Assembly: GCA_963665235.2 (NCBI GenBank)
Contig: CAXXLX010000001.1
Span: forward strand, 2,848,001-2,912,000
Reading direction: 5' to 3'
Source: Candidatus Poribacteria bacterium
GTDB taxonomy: Bacteria > Poribacteria > WGA-4E > WGA-3G
DNA length: 64,000 bases
The notes under the pieces: generated by a model
What the model was told of the DNA's origin: nothing
Database searches by the model: none
What the model saw: only the letters and a program-made list of their open reading frames with translations
Made by a program: the position numbers and the translations under genes
In this document: piece by piece, positions 19,769 through 29,910 of the stretch
Numbering within the stretch: position 1 is the first letter of the stretch
Layout: every line of letters begins with the position of its first letter

Positions 19769-20512
19769 TCAATCTACACCGATAAACGGTTTCAATTTCT
19801 CCAACGTCTTTTCTCCAATACCTTTTACTTCCATCAAGGCATCGACGGAAGAAAAATTGCCGTTTTCTTTACGATACTGGACAATTCGTAGTGCTGTTTT
19901 TGGACCGATGCCTGGAAATTTTTGGAGCTCTTCAACGGTAGCAGTGTTGATATTAAGTACTGCGGGTTTATCTTTAGGCGGTTGTTTCTGCTTTTGTTCA
20001 GCAGTTTCTTGCTTCGTCTCTGTGCTTGGCGATGTTTGAGGCTCTTGGACGGTGGCGGTGTTGGTATTGACCGGTTTTTGTTTCTGTTCGGGCGGTTTTT
20101 TCTGTTCAGCAGTTTCTTGCTTCGTCTCTGTGCTTGGCGATGTTTGAGGCTCTTGGACGGTGGCGGTGTTGGTATTGACCGGTTTCTGTTTCTGTTCGGG
20201 CGGTTTTTTCTGTTTAGCGGTTTCTTGCTTCGTCTCTGTGCTTGGCGATGTTTGAGGCTCTTGGACGGTGGCGGTGTTGGTATTGACCGGTTTCTGTTTC
20301 TGTTCGGGTTGTGCTTGCTTCGGGACTGCAATAAAATCCGGTTTCCCTAGAAATAGGGCGGGGTTAGATCGGCGCACCCCCCAAAATGCTGTTCCAATTA
20401 AAATAAGGGTGAGCAGGAAGGTAACAGCATGCCAATAGTGTTTTTCCACGACACCTTCAATATCGCTATGTGTGTTCTGTTTTGTCACTGCGGTCCTCCT
20501 CAGGATGTCCAA
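19769..20512 (-). CDS. comEA: ComEA-family helix-hairpin-helix DNA-binding protein with tandem-repeat linker
   Basis: TM anchor; LNINTATVEELQKFPGIGPKTA..VKGIGEKTLEKL. Confidence 0.8.
   Translation of the reverse strand: MDILRRTAVTKQNTHSDIEGVVEKHYWHAVTFLLTLILIGTAFWGVRRSNPALFLGKPDFIAVPKQAQPEQKQKPVNTNTATVQEPQTSPSTETKQETAKQKKPPEQKQKPVNTNTATVQEPQTSPSTETKQETAEQKKPPEQKQKPVNTNTATVQEPQTSPSTETKQETAEQKQKQPPKDKPAVLNINTATVEELQKFPGIGPKTALRIVQYRKENGNFSSVDALMEVKGIGEKTLEKLKPFIGVD
19993..20307. repeat. Three near-identical 102-bp (34-aa) tandem repeats within comEA
   Basis: PEQKQKPVNTNTATVQEPQTSPSTETKQETAEQK x3. Confidence 0.9.
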
Positions 20513-21042
20513 ATCGGTTCTGGCATTTGTGCTTGATGATTTACCGCGCGCGCTAAAACAAATAACAGGTCTGACAGTCGGTTTAAACTGCGGAGTATTT
20601 CTGGGTTCACATCCGTTTCACGGGCAAGCCGGACGACACATCGTTCACATCGTCTGCATACGGCACGTGCGACGTGGAGTGCGGCACCGGCGGTGCAACC
20701 CCCGGGCAGAATGAAGTTTGTCAGGGGCGGAAGCGCAGCGGAAAGATTATCAATTGCTGTCTCCATCTCTGTCGTAAAATCTGCCGTTATCCTTAGCGCG
20801 GCGGCTTTTGTATGGGTATCGGGTGTCGCTAAGTCCGCCCCAATTGCGAACAGATGATTTTGGATACGCGCTATCAGCTCGGAAAGCATGGTATCATCAA
20901 TTAACGTACGTGCATAACCTATAGAGGCGTTGAGTTCGTCAACTGTGCCTAGTGCTTCAAACTGTAGAGCATCTTTCGGGAGCCGGGTACCACCGTATAG
21001 TGAGGTCTCTCCAGCATCCCCAAATTTGGTATAAATTTTCAT
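20500..21042 (-). CDS. PduO-type cob(I)alamin adenosyltransferase
   Basis: MKIYTKFGDAGETSL, GTVDELN, FILPGG, RAVCRRCER, LNRLSDLLF. Confidence 0.92.
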   Translation of the reverse strand: MKIYTKFGDAGETSLYGGTRLPKDALQFEALGTVDELNASIGYARTLIDDTMLSELIARIQNHLFAIGADLATPDTHTKAAALRITADFTTEMETAIDNLSAALPPLTNFILPGGCTAGAALHVARAVCRRCERCVVRLARETDVNPEILRSLNRLSDLLFVLARAVNHQAQMPEPIWTS

Positions 21043-21085
21043 AAACTCCATTTTACAATATATCACAAAAGGAATCAAGAAAATT

Positions 21086-22414
21086 ATGGCAACTGTTATT
21101 GAAAACGTTAATGTCGTTGATTTACGTATCCCGACATCGGATACACTGCTCGGGTCCGATCCGTTTCACAAAAAGCCGAACTATTCGGCTGTACTTACAA
21201 CGTTAGAGACGAACACTGGGCATTGCGGTATCTCTGTTGCGTTCACCGCCGGGGCAGGAAACGATTGGATTGCATACGGTGTCAGGGACCTCGCGAAACT
21301 TGTCGTTGATATGCCAATAATCAATTTTATAAACGCGCCAGGCGTGTTTCACAAACTCCTCGTCGACCATCATCAGCTAAGGTGGCTGGCTGATGGAGTC
21401 AACCGTATGGCAATCGGCAGCATTGTCAATGCAATGTGGGACCTCTGGGCGAAACTGGCTGAAAAACCGCTCTGGAAACTTCTTGTCGACTTACCACCGG
21501 AGACAATTCTGGAATGCATTGATTGGCGATATCTGCGAGATGCCCTGACTCCTGATGAAGCAAGACAGGCTCTGCACATGAACTGGAAAAGCTGCCCCGA
21601 GCGTGAACAGACGCTCCTGCACAAGGGGCCAAAGGCGTATTCTACCGCAGGCTGGCTCGGTCTAACAGATGACCAAATTATTGAGACAGTGAATCAGGTA
21701 AAAGCAGCGGGACTTGATTGTTTCAAGATGAAAGTCGGGCAGGATTTGGACTTCGATAAGAGACGACTCGCCTTTATTCGGGAGGTAATTGGAGACGAAG
21801 CACGTTTGATGCTCGATGCAAATCAGGTCTGGGGGGTAGATGAAGCAATCGCCTACATGAAGGAGCTCGCGATATTCGAACCGACCTGGATTGAGGAGCC
21901 GACCGCCCGCGACGATGTCTTAGGTTTTCTGCAAATTTCCCGCGCTCTGGAAAAATATGGTATCGGGGTTGCCACAGGCGAACAGGTGCCATCACCTGTC
22001 ATCTTCAAGCAGTTGCTAATGACCGGGGCTATTCAGTACTGCCAAATTGATGCAACGCGCCTTGGCGGTGTCAACGATGTGCTGGCGGTTATCATTATGG
22101 CTGCGAAGTACAATGTGCCTGTCTGTCCGCATGGCGGTGGCATCGGTTTGTGCAACATGATTCAACACTACGCTTTATGGGACCAAATCTGTGTTGCTGC
22201 GCATTCGGAGACACAGGTGGTGGAATATCTCAATTTCCTTCAGGACGATGTCTTTATCTCGCCGATTCAGATTCGCGAGGGCGCGTATGTTGCCCCGACC
22301 GCACCGGGATGGGGGTTGGAAATGTATCCTGAATTTGTGGAAAAACATGTCTATCCCACAGGCTCGGTGTGGCAGGGCAGAGAGGCATCTGGGGACATAA
22401 CGTTTTTAGCCTGA
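21086..22414 (+). CDS. L-fuconate dehydratase-like enolase-superfamily enzyme
   Basis: DLRIPTS..GSD, AYSTAGWLG, KMKVG, DANQVW, WIEEPT, ATGE, PHGGGIGLC. Confidence 0.85.
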   Translation: MATVIENVNVVDLRIPTSDTLLGSDPFHKKPNYSAVLTTLETNTGHCGISVAFTAGAGNDWIAYGVRDLAKLVVDMPIINFINAPGVFHKLLVDHHQLRWLADGVNRMAIGSIVNAMWDLWAKLAEKPLWKLLVDLPPETILECIDWRYLRDALTPDEARQALHMNWKSCPEREQTLLHKGPKAYSTAGWLGLTDDQIIETVNQVKAAGLDCFKMKVGQDLDFDKRRLAFIREVIGDEARLMLDANQVWGVDEAIAYMKELAIFEPTWIEEPTARDDVLGFLQISRALEKYGIGVATGEQVPSPVIFKQLLMTGAIQYCQIDATRLGGVNDVLAVIIMAAKYNVPVCPHGGGIGLCNMIQHYALWDQICVAAHSETQVVEYLNFLQDDVFISPIQIREGAYVAPTAPGWGLEMYPEFVEKHVYPTGSVWQGREASGDITFLA

Positions 22415-22442
22415 TTTGGTATGTCCCAAAAAATTGGGCGGC

Positions 22443-23198
22443 TTAGGTTTTCGCACCTTCGGCACGGCGTTTATATTCTGCGGCACCCGCTGAAATCCAA
22501 CCGCCCATACCCACAAGTAAAAACTGCACGCCTGCCTTTACATATTTCGCAACGGTGTCGTCTGTCGTCATCGTACCTGCAACGCGCCCAGCATCTTGGA
22601 TACGTGCCAACGCCGCGTCAATCGTGTTCTGTACCTCCGGATGGTCACTGTTACCGACATGTCCCATGGAGGCCGCTAAGTCGGAAGGTGCCACAAAAAA
22701 TACATCAATATGGTCGATGGTGAGAATGTCGTCCAAATTGTTGATTGCGACAATATCCTCAATTAAGACAACTAGCAACGTCTGTGAGTTGGCAACGTCA
22801 AAATAGTTTTCCACACCGTATCCCTGACGACTTACGAACATGCCCCGATGTCCGATAGGGGCGAACTTTCCGCCATCCACGACGTTTTGCGCTTCCGCTT
22901 TCGTATTGACGTGTGGCACAACGATTCCCATTGCACCGCAATCCAAAGTGCGATAGATAAGTGCCTGCTCGTTACGATTGACACGCACCACCGATGTCAT
23001 TCCCCACAAATCACAGGCGCGTGTGAGGTTGCCTAATTCTGACGCGTCTACATTGCCGTGTTCGCCTTCCAACCACACGCCATCGTATCCGTTGGGACCG
23101 AAAGCGTCTATATCGTCAGCATTCGTCAATCCACCGATGATGTAGGCGAGCTCTCCATTTGCCAATTTCTGTTTAATCCGATTCGATCTTATTTTCAT
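22443..23198 (-). CDS. HpcH/HpaI aldolase family protein
   Basis: EGEHG, LDCGAMGIVVPHV, PIGHRG, LIED, FVAPSDLAASMG. Confidence 0.88.
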   Translation of the reverse strand: MKIRSNRIKQKLANGELAYIIGGLTNADDIDAFGPNGYDGVWLEGEHGNVDASELGNLTRACDLWGMTSVVRVNRNEQALIYRTLDCGAMGIVVPHVNTKAEAQNVVDGGKFAPIGHRGMFVSRQGYGVENYFDVANSQTLLVVLIEDIVAINNLDDILTIDHIDVFFVAPSDLAASMGHVGNSDHPEVQNTIDAALARIQDAGRVAGTMTTDDTVAKYVKAGVQFLLVGMGGWISAGAAEYKRRAEGAKT

Positions 23199-24532
23199 TA
23201 TTTCTCCTCAGTTTTTGCAAGAAATTCCGCTGGTAGGACTCTATGCACGGTATCAATCACCAATTGTTCAACCCCAGGGGCAAATCGGGTGGGTTGACCG
23301 AAATAAATCATCGCGCCGCCCCCTTCATATCCGCCTTCAGCTAACACCCGTTCAGATGGGATATAGCCGGGAAACGCGTTTGAATATGCCCCCACCCAGA
23401 GTCTCGTTGCATCGAACTCCCGTTTCAGTCGCAGCGAAAAATCTACTACCACCTCACTTGCAAGGAATACAACCGCCAACGCATCATCGAACGTCCACGC
23501 TTGGACAGGATAGGAAATATCCGTTTTTATCGGTTGATTATTCTCTAACATTTCGAGATGCTTTTTGGCGTGGTATCCGATTGCACCGCCTTGTGCTGCC
23601 CGTGCCTCCCATTCGTCATGGGTTGGCAGTTTATCAAACGGCAAATTCACCCTCTCAAACGTACCTGTAGGAACAGTAGAGATGCCAATTGCATCCCGTT
23701 CAAGTTGATGAGCAACCGCGTGTGCAAGGGCTTGTCCGTGTTCCTTTGCATAAGCGAGCCGTGTTTCGAATACCTCCTGTTTTCCTTCGGGCATCGGCCG
23801 CATTCGTGACTCCGGATTTGCATCAGCCCCACATCCGATTGTTATCAGTGCAGTTACGTCGGGATGCGCGTCCTGAATCGCCTCTTGTGCGAATCCTGCC
23901 CAGTCGCCGCAGATATGGTTGTCCGCCCCAGCTAACGTTGTGCAATGACATGCATAACTTGCCCATACAGCGTGCAAAGCCCCATCAGCATCGGTAATCC
24001 GAATCACCGGTAACGCGTGGTCTACCGGCCCGCCTTCGGTTCGTCGATTTTTTGCGAAACCTACCTCACCGATGTTCCATGCCAACCGGGACGGTTTCCG
24101 GTTTGATAGTGCTTGTAGCACTACGGTTTCCATCCAGTCGGATAGTTGACGTGTGTAGCGGTCAATCTTTTCCTGCTCTTCGGGCAATATATCCGAGCTG
24201 AAAATGAACGAGGCGGCGTTTGCTAGGCACGGTGCACTGTGCGTATGGGTATAGCAGGCGACAAAATTCGCGCGCGAGATGCTTGTCTTCTGTTTTACAC
24301 GAGTAGACACCGCTTCTGTTAATTCATCGGGCAAGCCGCAGTTTTCCACAGTGACCAGGACCACGGGCCCATCGGCATCGCTACCGATAGCAAGTGCTTT
24401 TGCCCATATCCGCTGAATGATTCCTTCCGATTCTGTGCGCCGACTGCCGTAACCGTTTAACCGAATCGGATAATCCGGGGTAATATCTATTTGAGCAACC
24501 CCAACTTCAATAAGATTGTCTCTGTTTGTCAT
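23198..24532 (-). CDS. Neutral/alkaline ceramidase N-terminal-domain family hydrolase
   Basis: GVAQIDITP, LNGYGSR, THTHSAP, YACHCT, GCGADANP, GYIPS..GGYE. Confidence 0.75.
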   Translation of the reverse strand: MTNRDNLIEVGVAQIDITPDYPIRLNGYGSRRTESEGIIQRIWAKALAIGSDADGPVVLVTVENCGLPDELTEAVSTRVKQKTSISRANFVACYTHTHSAPCLANAASFIFSSDILPEEQEKIDRYTRQLSDWMETVVLQALSNRKPSRLAWNIGEVGFAKNRRTEGGPVDHALPVIRITDADGALHAVWASYACHCTTLAGADNHICGDWAGFAQEAIQDAHPDVTALITIGCGADANPESRMRPMPEGKQEVFETRLAYAKEHGQALAHAVAHQLERDAIGISTVPTGTFERVNLPFDKLPTHDEWEARAAQGGAIGYHAKKHLEMLENNQPIKTDISYPVQAWTFDDALAVVFLASEVVVDFSLRLKREFDATRLWVGAYSNAFPGYIPSERVLAEGGYEGGGAMIYFGQPTRFAPGVEQLVIDTVHRVLPAEFLAKTEEK

Positions 24533-24574
24533 GTAAATTCCTCCTAAGTAATGGAGACACGCCGTGTGCTGTCC

Positions 24575-25864
24575 TTAAAAATGTACAGTAAACGCCACTA
24601 TATGGTTTGCCTCAAGGATAGGTTTATCCGCTATTTGATGGATTAGCGCGTATTCAATAGAGAACGTCCCGTGTGTTATGCCAATTCCGGCGGTAAAACG
24701 GAGGGGTGTTCCCACCCGTTTTATGCCGAGCCGCAGTGCTATAGCGGATTCTTGCGGGATTGCCGCTTTTACCCCCGGTTTACCAAAGGGAATGCGGAAC
24801 TCGGTGCCAATTGCGAAATTAATGCCGCGCTGCCCAATAGCGTGCCACGTATCCGCTGCAAGCAAAATCGCTGATATAGGGTGATATGCAATCCCGATAC
24901 CGAGTTGCAATGGGAGCGGTTCAGCAAAGTCGGCACGCAGAAGATTTTCAAAGAGAATACCTACCTGTAGTGCTTTCGCGTCTTGTACACCGAACCTTAT
25001 CTCGCTTTGAACGCCAATATCCAACTCAAGGCGACTAGTGTTACGCTCAATTGCGGGCTGCTTTTCGTGAACGATATCCCGAATGCGGTCGCCGACCTGC
25101 AACTCATGAACGATTGCCGCTATGAGCTGTTCAGGAAACTGCGGGTCTACGCTGGGCTTGTGCCGTGCCGATAAGTCCAGGGTTGACACCGTTTGTCCCT
25201 GTTGTATATTTTGTGTAACCCATTTTAGCCGCGCACCTCCTGCAAATTCACCGATTCTATGACTGACTCCTAACCGCCAACTTTTTTCACGGTGCAGCGT
25301 CCAATCTGTGATAAGGTCTGTTTCTGAAGTGAACCAGCGGGTGCCCCTATCGTATTCAGCACGGGTAGCAGCGAGTGTAAGGTGCGCGAAGTTAGTAAAT
25401 GCCCCCGTATACCCGACACTAACCCCCCATTTTCCGAATACATGGGAATAGTAGCTTGACAGGTAAGCATCCATATCTACTTCGGCGACGAGCTGTGCAG
25501 TGCCGTGCTTTGGCAGTTGTCCCCACCTGAGATTTTCCACAGCAATATCCGCGGCAATGTTGTGGCTTTGGACGTGCACAAGCGAAGCAGGGTTGCCGAA
25601 TATTCCTGCATCTCGTGCATGTGTTGCAATTCGGGTGCCGCCCATGCTACTAATGCGGAGCAGCTCGTTTGCGCTGCTAGGCAAGGGTGCCTCGACCCCA
25701 AGGAGAAACAGGACCACAAATGCTGCGAAGCGCGGGGATGTCACGCGAAGGACTGAACGAAAAAACATGGTATCAAAATCCCTTTCGGGTGCATCTATTG
25801 CGTTATCAACATCTTTCATGTCGTTGTAAAGTTGCTTGCAGTCAATGTGAGAAATACGCGCCAC
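24575..25864 (-). CDS. Hypothetical, probable outer-membrane beta-barrel protein (start uncertain)
   Basis: SMGG..IFGNPASL N-terminal motif, amphipathic strands, C-terminal Phe. Confidence 0.5.
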   Translation of the reverse strand: MARISHIDCKQLYNDMKDVDNAIDAPERDFDTMFFRSVLRVTSPRFAAFVVLFLLGVEAPLPSSANELLRISSMGGTRIATHARDAGIFGNPASLVHVQSHNIAADIAVENLRWGQLPKHGTAQLVAEVDMDAYLSSYYSHVFGKWGVSVGYTGAFTNFAHLTLAATRAEYDRGTRWFTSETDLITDWTLHREKSWRLGVSHRIGEFAGGARLKWVTQNIQQGQTVSTLDLSARHKPSVDPQFPEQLIAAIVHELQVGDRIRDIVHEKQPAIERNTSRLELDIGVQSEIRFGVQDAKALQVGILFENLLRADFAEPLPLQLGIGIAYHPISAILLAADTWHAIGQRGINFAIGTEFRIPFGKPGVKAAIPQESAIALRLGIKRVGTPLRFTAGIGITHGTFSIEYALIHQIADKPILEANHIVAFTVHF

Positions 25865-25913
25865 TCGTCACAGGTTCACCTACTTGTTCTTACCGTTCCA
25901 ATACGCAGCATGT

Positions 25914-27890
25914 CTAAGGTTCAAGGTCCCATATCAGAATAGTGCCATCATGACTTCCACTAACGATGGTGTTCCCATCTGGACTAAACGCCACACTATT
26001 GACCCGCTCCGTATGTCCTGTGAGTGTTTTGATAAGCTGTCCTGTTGTAGTGTTCCATAGCCGAATAGTTTTGTCCCTACCCCCACTAACGATGGTGTTT
26101 CCATCCGGACTGAACGACACGCTATTGACCCAACTCATATCTCCTGTGAGTTTTCTGATAAGTTGCCCGGTGCTTGTGTGCCATAGATGAATAGTCCTGT
26201 CCAAACCCCCACTAACAAGTATACGACCATCCGGAGTAAAAAAGGACACGCTATTGACATTACCCGTATGTTCATAGAGTGTTCTGATAATTTTTCCTGT
26301 TTTTGTGTTCCATAGCCGAATAGTTTTATCCCTACTTCCACTAACGATAGTGTTTCCATCTGGACTAAACGACACGCTAGTGACCCGCTCCGTATGTTCA
26401 TAGAGTGTTCTGATAAGCTGCCCGGTGTTTGTCTCCCATAGACGAATAGTGCCGTCCCCACCGCCACTAACGATAGTGTTTCCATCTGGACTAAACGACA
26501 CGCTATAGACCCGCTTCGTATGCCCTATGAGTGTTCTGATAAGCTGCCCGGTGTTTGTCTCCCATAGACGAATGTCCGCACTGCCACTAACGATGGTATT
26601 CCCATCTGGACTAAACGACACGGTACTGACCGGATACTTATGTCCTGTAAGCACTCTGATAAGTTGCCTTGTGCTTGTGTTCCATAGGCGAATAGTTCTA
26701 TCCCCATTTCCACTAACAATTGTGTTCCCATCTGGACTAAACGACACGCTATTGACAAAATCCCCATGTCCTATGGGTTTTCTGATAAGTTGCCCTGTCC
26801 TACTGTCCCATAGTCGAATAGTATCGTCCGAACTCCTGCTAACGATGGTGTTACCATCCGGACTAAACGACACACTATAGACCCGCTTCGTATGTCCTGT
26901 GAGTGTTCTGATAAGCTGCCCAGTGTTTTTGTTCCATAGGCGAATAGTTTTGTCATCACTTCCACTAATGATTGTGTTCCCATCTGGACTAAACGACACG
27001 CTATTGACAAAATCCGTATGTCCCGTGAGTGTTCTGATAAGCTGCCCGGTGTTTTTGTTCCATAGATGAATAGTTTTGTCATCACTTCCACTAATGATTG
27101 TGTTCCCATCTGGACTAAACGACACGCTATTGACAAAATCCCCATGTCCCGTGAGTGTTCTGATAAGCTGCCCTGTCCTACTATTCCATAGATGAATAGT
27201 CCCATCATGATTTCCACTAACGACGTTGTTCCCATCCGGACTAAACGACATCCTTTTGACCCGACCTGTATGTTCAGTGAGTGTTCTGATAAGTTGCCCA
27301 GTGTTTGTATTCCATAGACGAATAGTTTTGTCATGACTCCCACTAACTACAGTGTTCCCATCTGGACTAAACGCCACACTATGAACTGTATCCGTATGTC
27401 CGGTAAGTGTTTTGATATTTTTTCCAGTGTTTGTATTCCATAACCGAATAGTATGGTCCCAATTCCCACTAACTATGGTGTTGCCATCTGGACTAAACGA
27501 CACGCTATAGACCCAACCCGTATGTCCTGTGAGTGTTCTGATAAGCTGCCCAGTGTTTGTATTCCATAGACGAATAGTATCGTCATCACTCCCACTAGCA
27601 AGCATGCGACTATCCGGACTAAACGCCACGCTATTGACCACATCCGTATGTCCCGTGAATAGGTTGATTTCTTCCCCTGTCTTTGCATTGTAAATCCAAA
27701 TCCCGATACTACTTCCAACGGCCAGGCGTGTTCCATCTGGTGAAAACTTTATCTCACTTATACGACCTTCACCAAGCCGTGCTTTCGCGCCTTCCGGTAA
27801 GTTCAGTTGTGTGTAGTCTATAGCAAAAGTGTTTGGGGCAACGGTTAGAAGCACGAACAAAATCGTTAGCATAAAGACACTGTTTTTCAT
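25914..27890 (-). CDS. Secreted WD40-repeat protein, paralogue 1
   Basis: Signal peptide, LPEGAKARLG, about 14 repeats GH...V.SVSFSPDGNTIVSG..D.TIRLW. Confidence 0.92.
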   Translation of the reverse strand: MKNSVFMLTILFVLLTVAPNTFAIDYTQLNLPEGAKARLGEGRISEIKFSPDGTRLAVGSSIGIWIYNAKTGEEINLFTGHTDVVNSVAFSPDSRMLASGSDDDTIRLWNTNTGQLIRTLTGHTGWVYSVSFSPDGNTIVSGNWDHTIRLWNTNTGKNIKTLTGHTDTVHSVAFSPDGNTVVSGSHDKTIRLWNTNTGQLIRTLTEHTGRVKRMSFSPDGNNVVSGNHDGTIHLWNSRTGQLIRTLTGHGDFVNSVSFSPDGNTIISGSDDKTIHLWNKNTGQLIRTLTGHTDFVNSVSFSPDGNTIISGSDDKTIRLWNKNTGQLIRTLTGHTKRVYSVSFSPDGNTIVSRSSDDTIRLWDSRTGQLIRKPIGHGDFVNSVSFSPDGNTIVSGNGDRTIRLWNTSTRQLIRVLTGHKYPVSTVSFSPDGNTIVSGSADIRLWETNTGQLIRTLIGHTKRVYSVSFSPDGNTIVSGGGDGTIRLWETNTGQLIRTLYEHTERVTSVSFSPDGNTIVSGSRDKTIRLWNTKTGKIIRTLYEHTGNVNSVSFFTPDGRILVSGGLDRTIHLWHTSTGQLIRKLTGDMSWVNSVSFSPDGNTIVSGGRDKTIRLWNTTTGQLIKTLTGHTERVNSVAFSPDGNTIVSGSHDGTILIWDLEP

Positions 27891-27932
27891 GAGTTTATCT
27901 CCTTCTGTTTCCTGATGCAATACGCAGTACGG

Positions 27933-29789
27933 CTAAGGTTCAAGGTCCCATATCAGAATAGTGCCATCCCCACTTCCGCTAACGACGGTGTTCCCATACG
28001 GACTAAACAACACGGTATAGACCGAACCCGTATGTCCTGTGTGTGTTGTGATAAGCTGTCCAGTGCTAATGTCCCATAGCCGAATAGTTTTGTCATTACT
28101 CCCACTAACGATAGTGTTTCCATCCGGACTAAACGACACGCTAAAAACCCAATCCGTATGTCCAGTAAGTTCTCTGATGAGTTGCCCTGTGCTTGTGTGC
28201 CATAGCCGAATAGTCCTGTCAAAACCCCCACTAACAAGTATACGACCATCCGGAGTAAAAAAAGACACGCTACTGACCATACCCGTATGTCCTGTGAGTG
28301 TTCTGATAAGTTTTCCTGTTGTGGTGTTCCATAGCCGAATAGTTTTGTCATCACTGCCACTGACAAGCATGCGACCATCCGGGCTAAACGACACGCTATT
28401 GACCTCGTCCGTATGTCTTGTGAATGTTCTGATAATTTTTCCAGTATTTGTGTTCCATAACCAAATAGTTTTGTCCGAACTTCCACTAACGATGGTGTTG
28501 CCATCCGGACTAAACGATACACTTTTGACCTCCCCTATATGTCCCGTGATTTTTCTGATAATTTTTCCAGTGTTCGTATTCCACAGTCGGATAGTCCCGT
28601 CCGAACTTCCACTAACGACGGCGTTTCCATCCGGACTAAACGATACACTTCCGGCCGAATACATATTTCCTGTGATTTTTCTAATAAGTTGTCTTGTTGT
28701 GGTGTCCCATAGGCGAATAGTTTTGTCACCACTCGCGCTAACGATTGTATCTCCAGCCGGACTAAACGATACGCTATAGACCCAACTCGTATGTCCTTTG
28801 ATTTTTCTGATAATTTTTCCAGTATTTGGGTCCCGTAGTCGAATAATATTGTCCCAACCCCCGCTAACGATTGTATCTCCATCCGGACTAAACGACACGG
28901 TACGGACCCACCCCATATCTCCTGTGAGTGTTCTGATAATTTTTCCAGTCCTACTGTCCCATAGATGGATAGTCTTATCCTCACTCCCACTAACGACGGT
29001 GTTTCCATCGGGACTAAACGACACGGTACGGACCGAACCGTTATGTCCCGTGAGTGTTTTTATATTTTTTCCAGTATTTGTGTCCCATAGACGAATGGTA
29101 TGGTCCTGGCCCCCACCAACGACGGTGTTTCCATCGGGACTGAACGACACGCTATAGACCCACCCCATATCTCCTTTGATTTTTCTGATGATTTTTCCAG
29201 TATTTGTGTTCCATAGATGGATAGTCTTATCCTCACTCCCACTAACGACGGTGTTTCCATCGGGACTAAATGACACGGTACGGACCGAACCGTTATGTCC
29301 CGTGAGTGTTTTTATATTTTTTCCAGTATTTGTGTCCCATAGCCGAATAGTGTTGTCCCAACTGCCACTAACGATTGTGTTTCCATCGGGACTAAACGAC
29401 ACGCTAGTGACCCAACTCGTATGTCCCGTGAGTGTTTTTATATTTTTTCCAGTATTTGTGTCCCATAGCCGAATAGTCCTGTCAAAACTCCCACTAGCTA
29501 TGGTGTTTCCATCCGGACTAAACGACACGGTATGGACCGCCCCTGTATGTCCTGTAAATAGGTTGAGTTCTTCTCCTGTCTGGACATCATAAATCCAAAC
29601 TCCGATACTAGTACCGACGGCTAACCGCGTTCTGTCTGGTGAAAACTTTATATCAGTTATATAACCTTTACCGAGCCGTGCTTTCGCGCCTTCCGGTAAG
29701 TTCCATTGTGTGTAGTCTATAGCGAAGGCGTTTAGGACGGCCGTTAGAAGCACAAACAGAATCGTTAGGGGCAAAAACATGGTTTTCAT
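27933..29789 (-). CDS. Secreted WD40-repeat protein, paralogue 2
   Basis: Same architecture and identical DGTILIWDLEP end; about 13 repeats. Confidence 0.92.
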   Translation of the reverse strand: MKTMFLPLTILFVLLTAVLNAFAIDYTQWNLPEGAKARLGKGYITDIKFSPDRTRLAVGTSIGVWIYDVQTGEELNLFTGHTGAVHTVSFSPDGNTIASGSFDRTIRLWDTNTGKNIKTLTGHTSWVTSVSFSPDGNTIVSGSWDNTIRLWDTNTGKNIKTLTGHNGSVRTVSFSPDGNTVVSGSEDKTIHLWNTNTGKIIRKIKGDMGWVYSVSFSPDGNTVVGGGQDHTIRLWDTNTGKNIKTLTGHNGSVRTVSFSPDGNTVVSGSEDKTIHLWDSRTGKIIRTLTGDMGWVRTVSFSPDGDTIVSGGWDNIIRLRDPNTGKIIRKIKGHTSWVYSVSFSPAGDTIVSASGDKTIRLWDTTTRQLIRKITGNMYSAGSVSFSPDGNAVVSGSSDGTIRLWNTNTGKIIRKITGHIGEVKSVSFSPDGNTIVSGSSDKTIWLWNTNTGKIIRTFTRHTDEVNSVSFSPDGRMLVSGSDDKTIRLWNTTTGKLIRTLTGHTGMVSSVSFFTPDGRILVSGGFDRTIRLWHTSTGQLIRELTGHTDWVFSVSFSPDGNTIVSGSNDKTIRLWDISTGQLITTHTGHTGSVYTVLFSPYGNTVVSGSGDGTILIWDLEP

Positions 29790-29910
29790 GAGGTTGTCTC
29801 TTTTTGTTTTCTGATTTGCATCTTTCGTGGCGCGGTAAAGGTGCCTGTTGTGCCAGGGATACAGAATAGGGTCGCAAGCACGGCTCGCTTCTACAGGAAA
29901 AGAGTGGGTT

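Noticed and set aside
25966-29592. Many alternative-frame and antisense ORFs over the WD40 genes, also over comEA, rpn and Uma2
   Set aside because: Shadow ORFs produced by repetitive coding sequence.
25914-29789. Diversity-generating retroelement TR/VR pair
   Set aside because: No reverse transcriptase in the window; differences are not adenine-specific; both repeats are coding.
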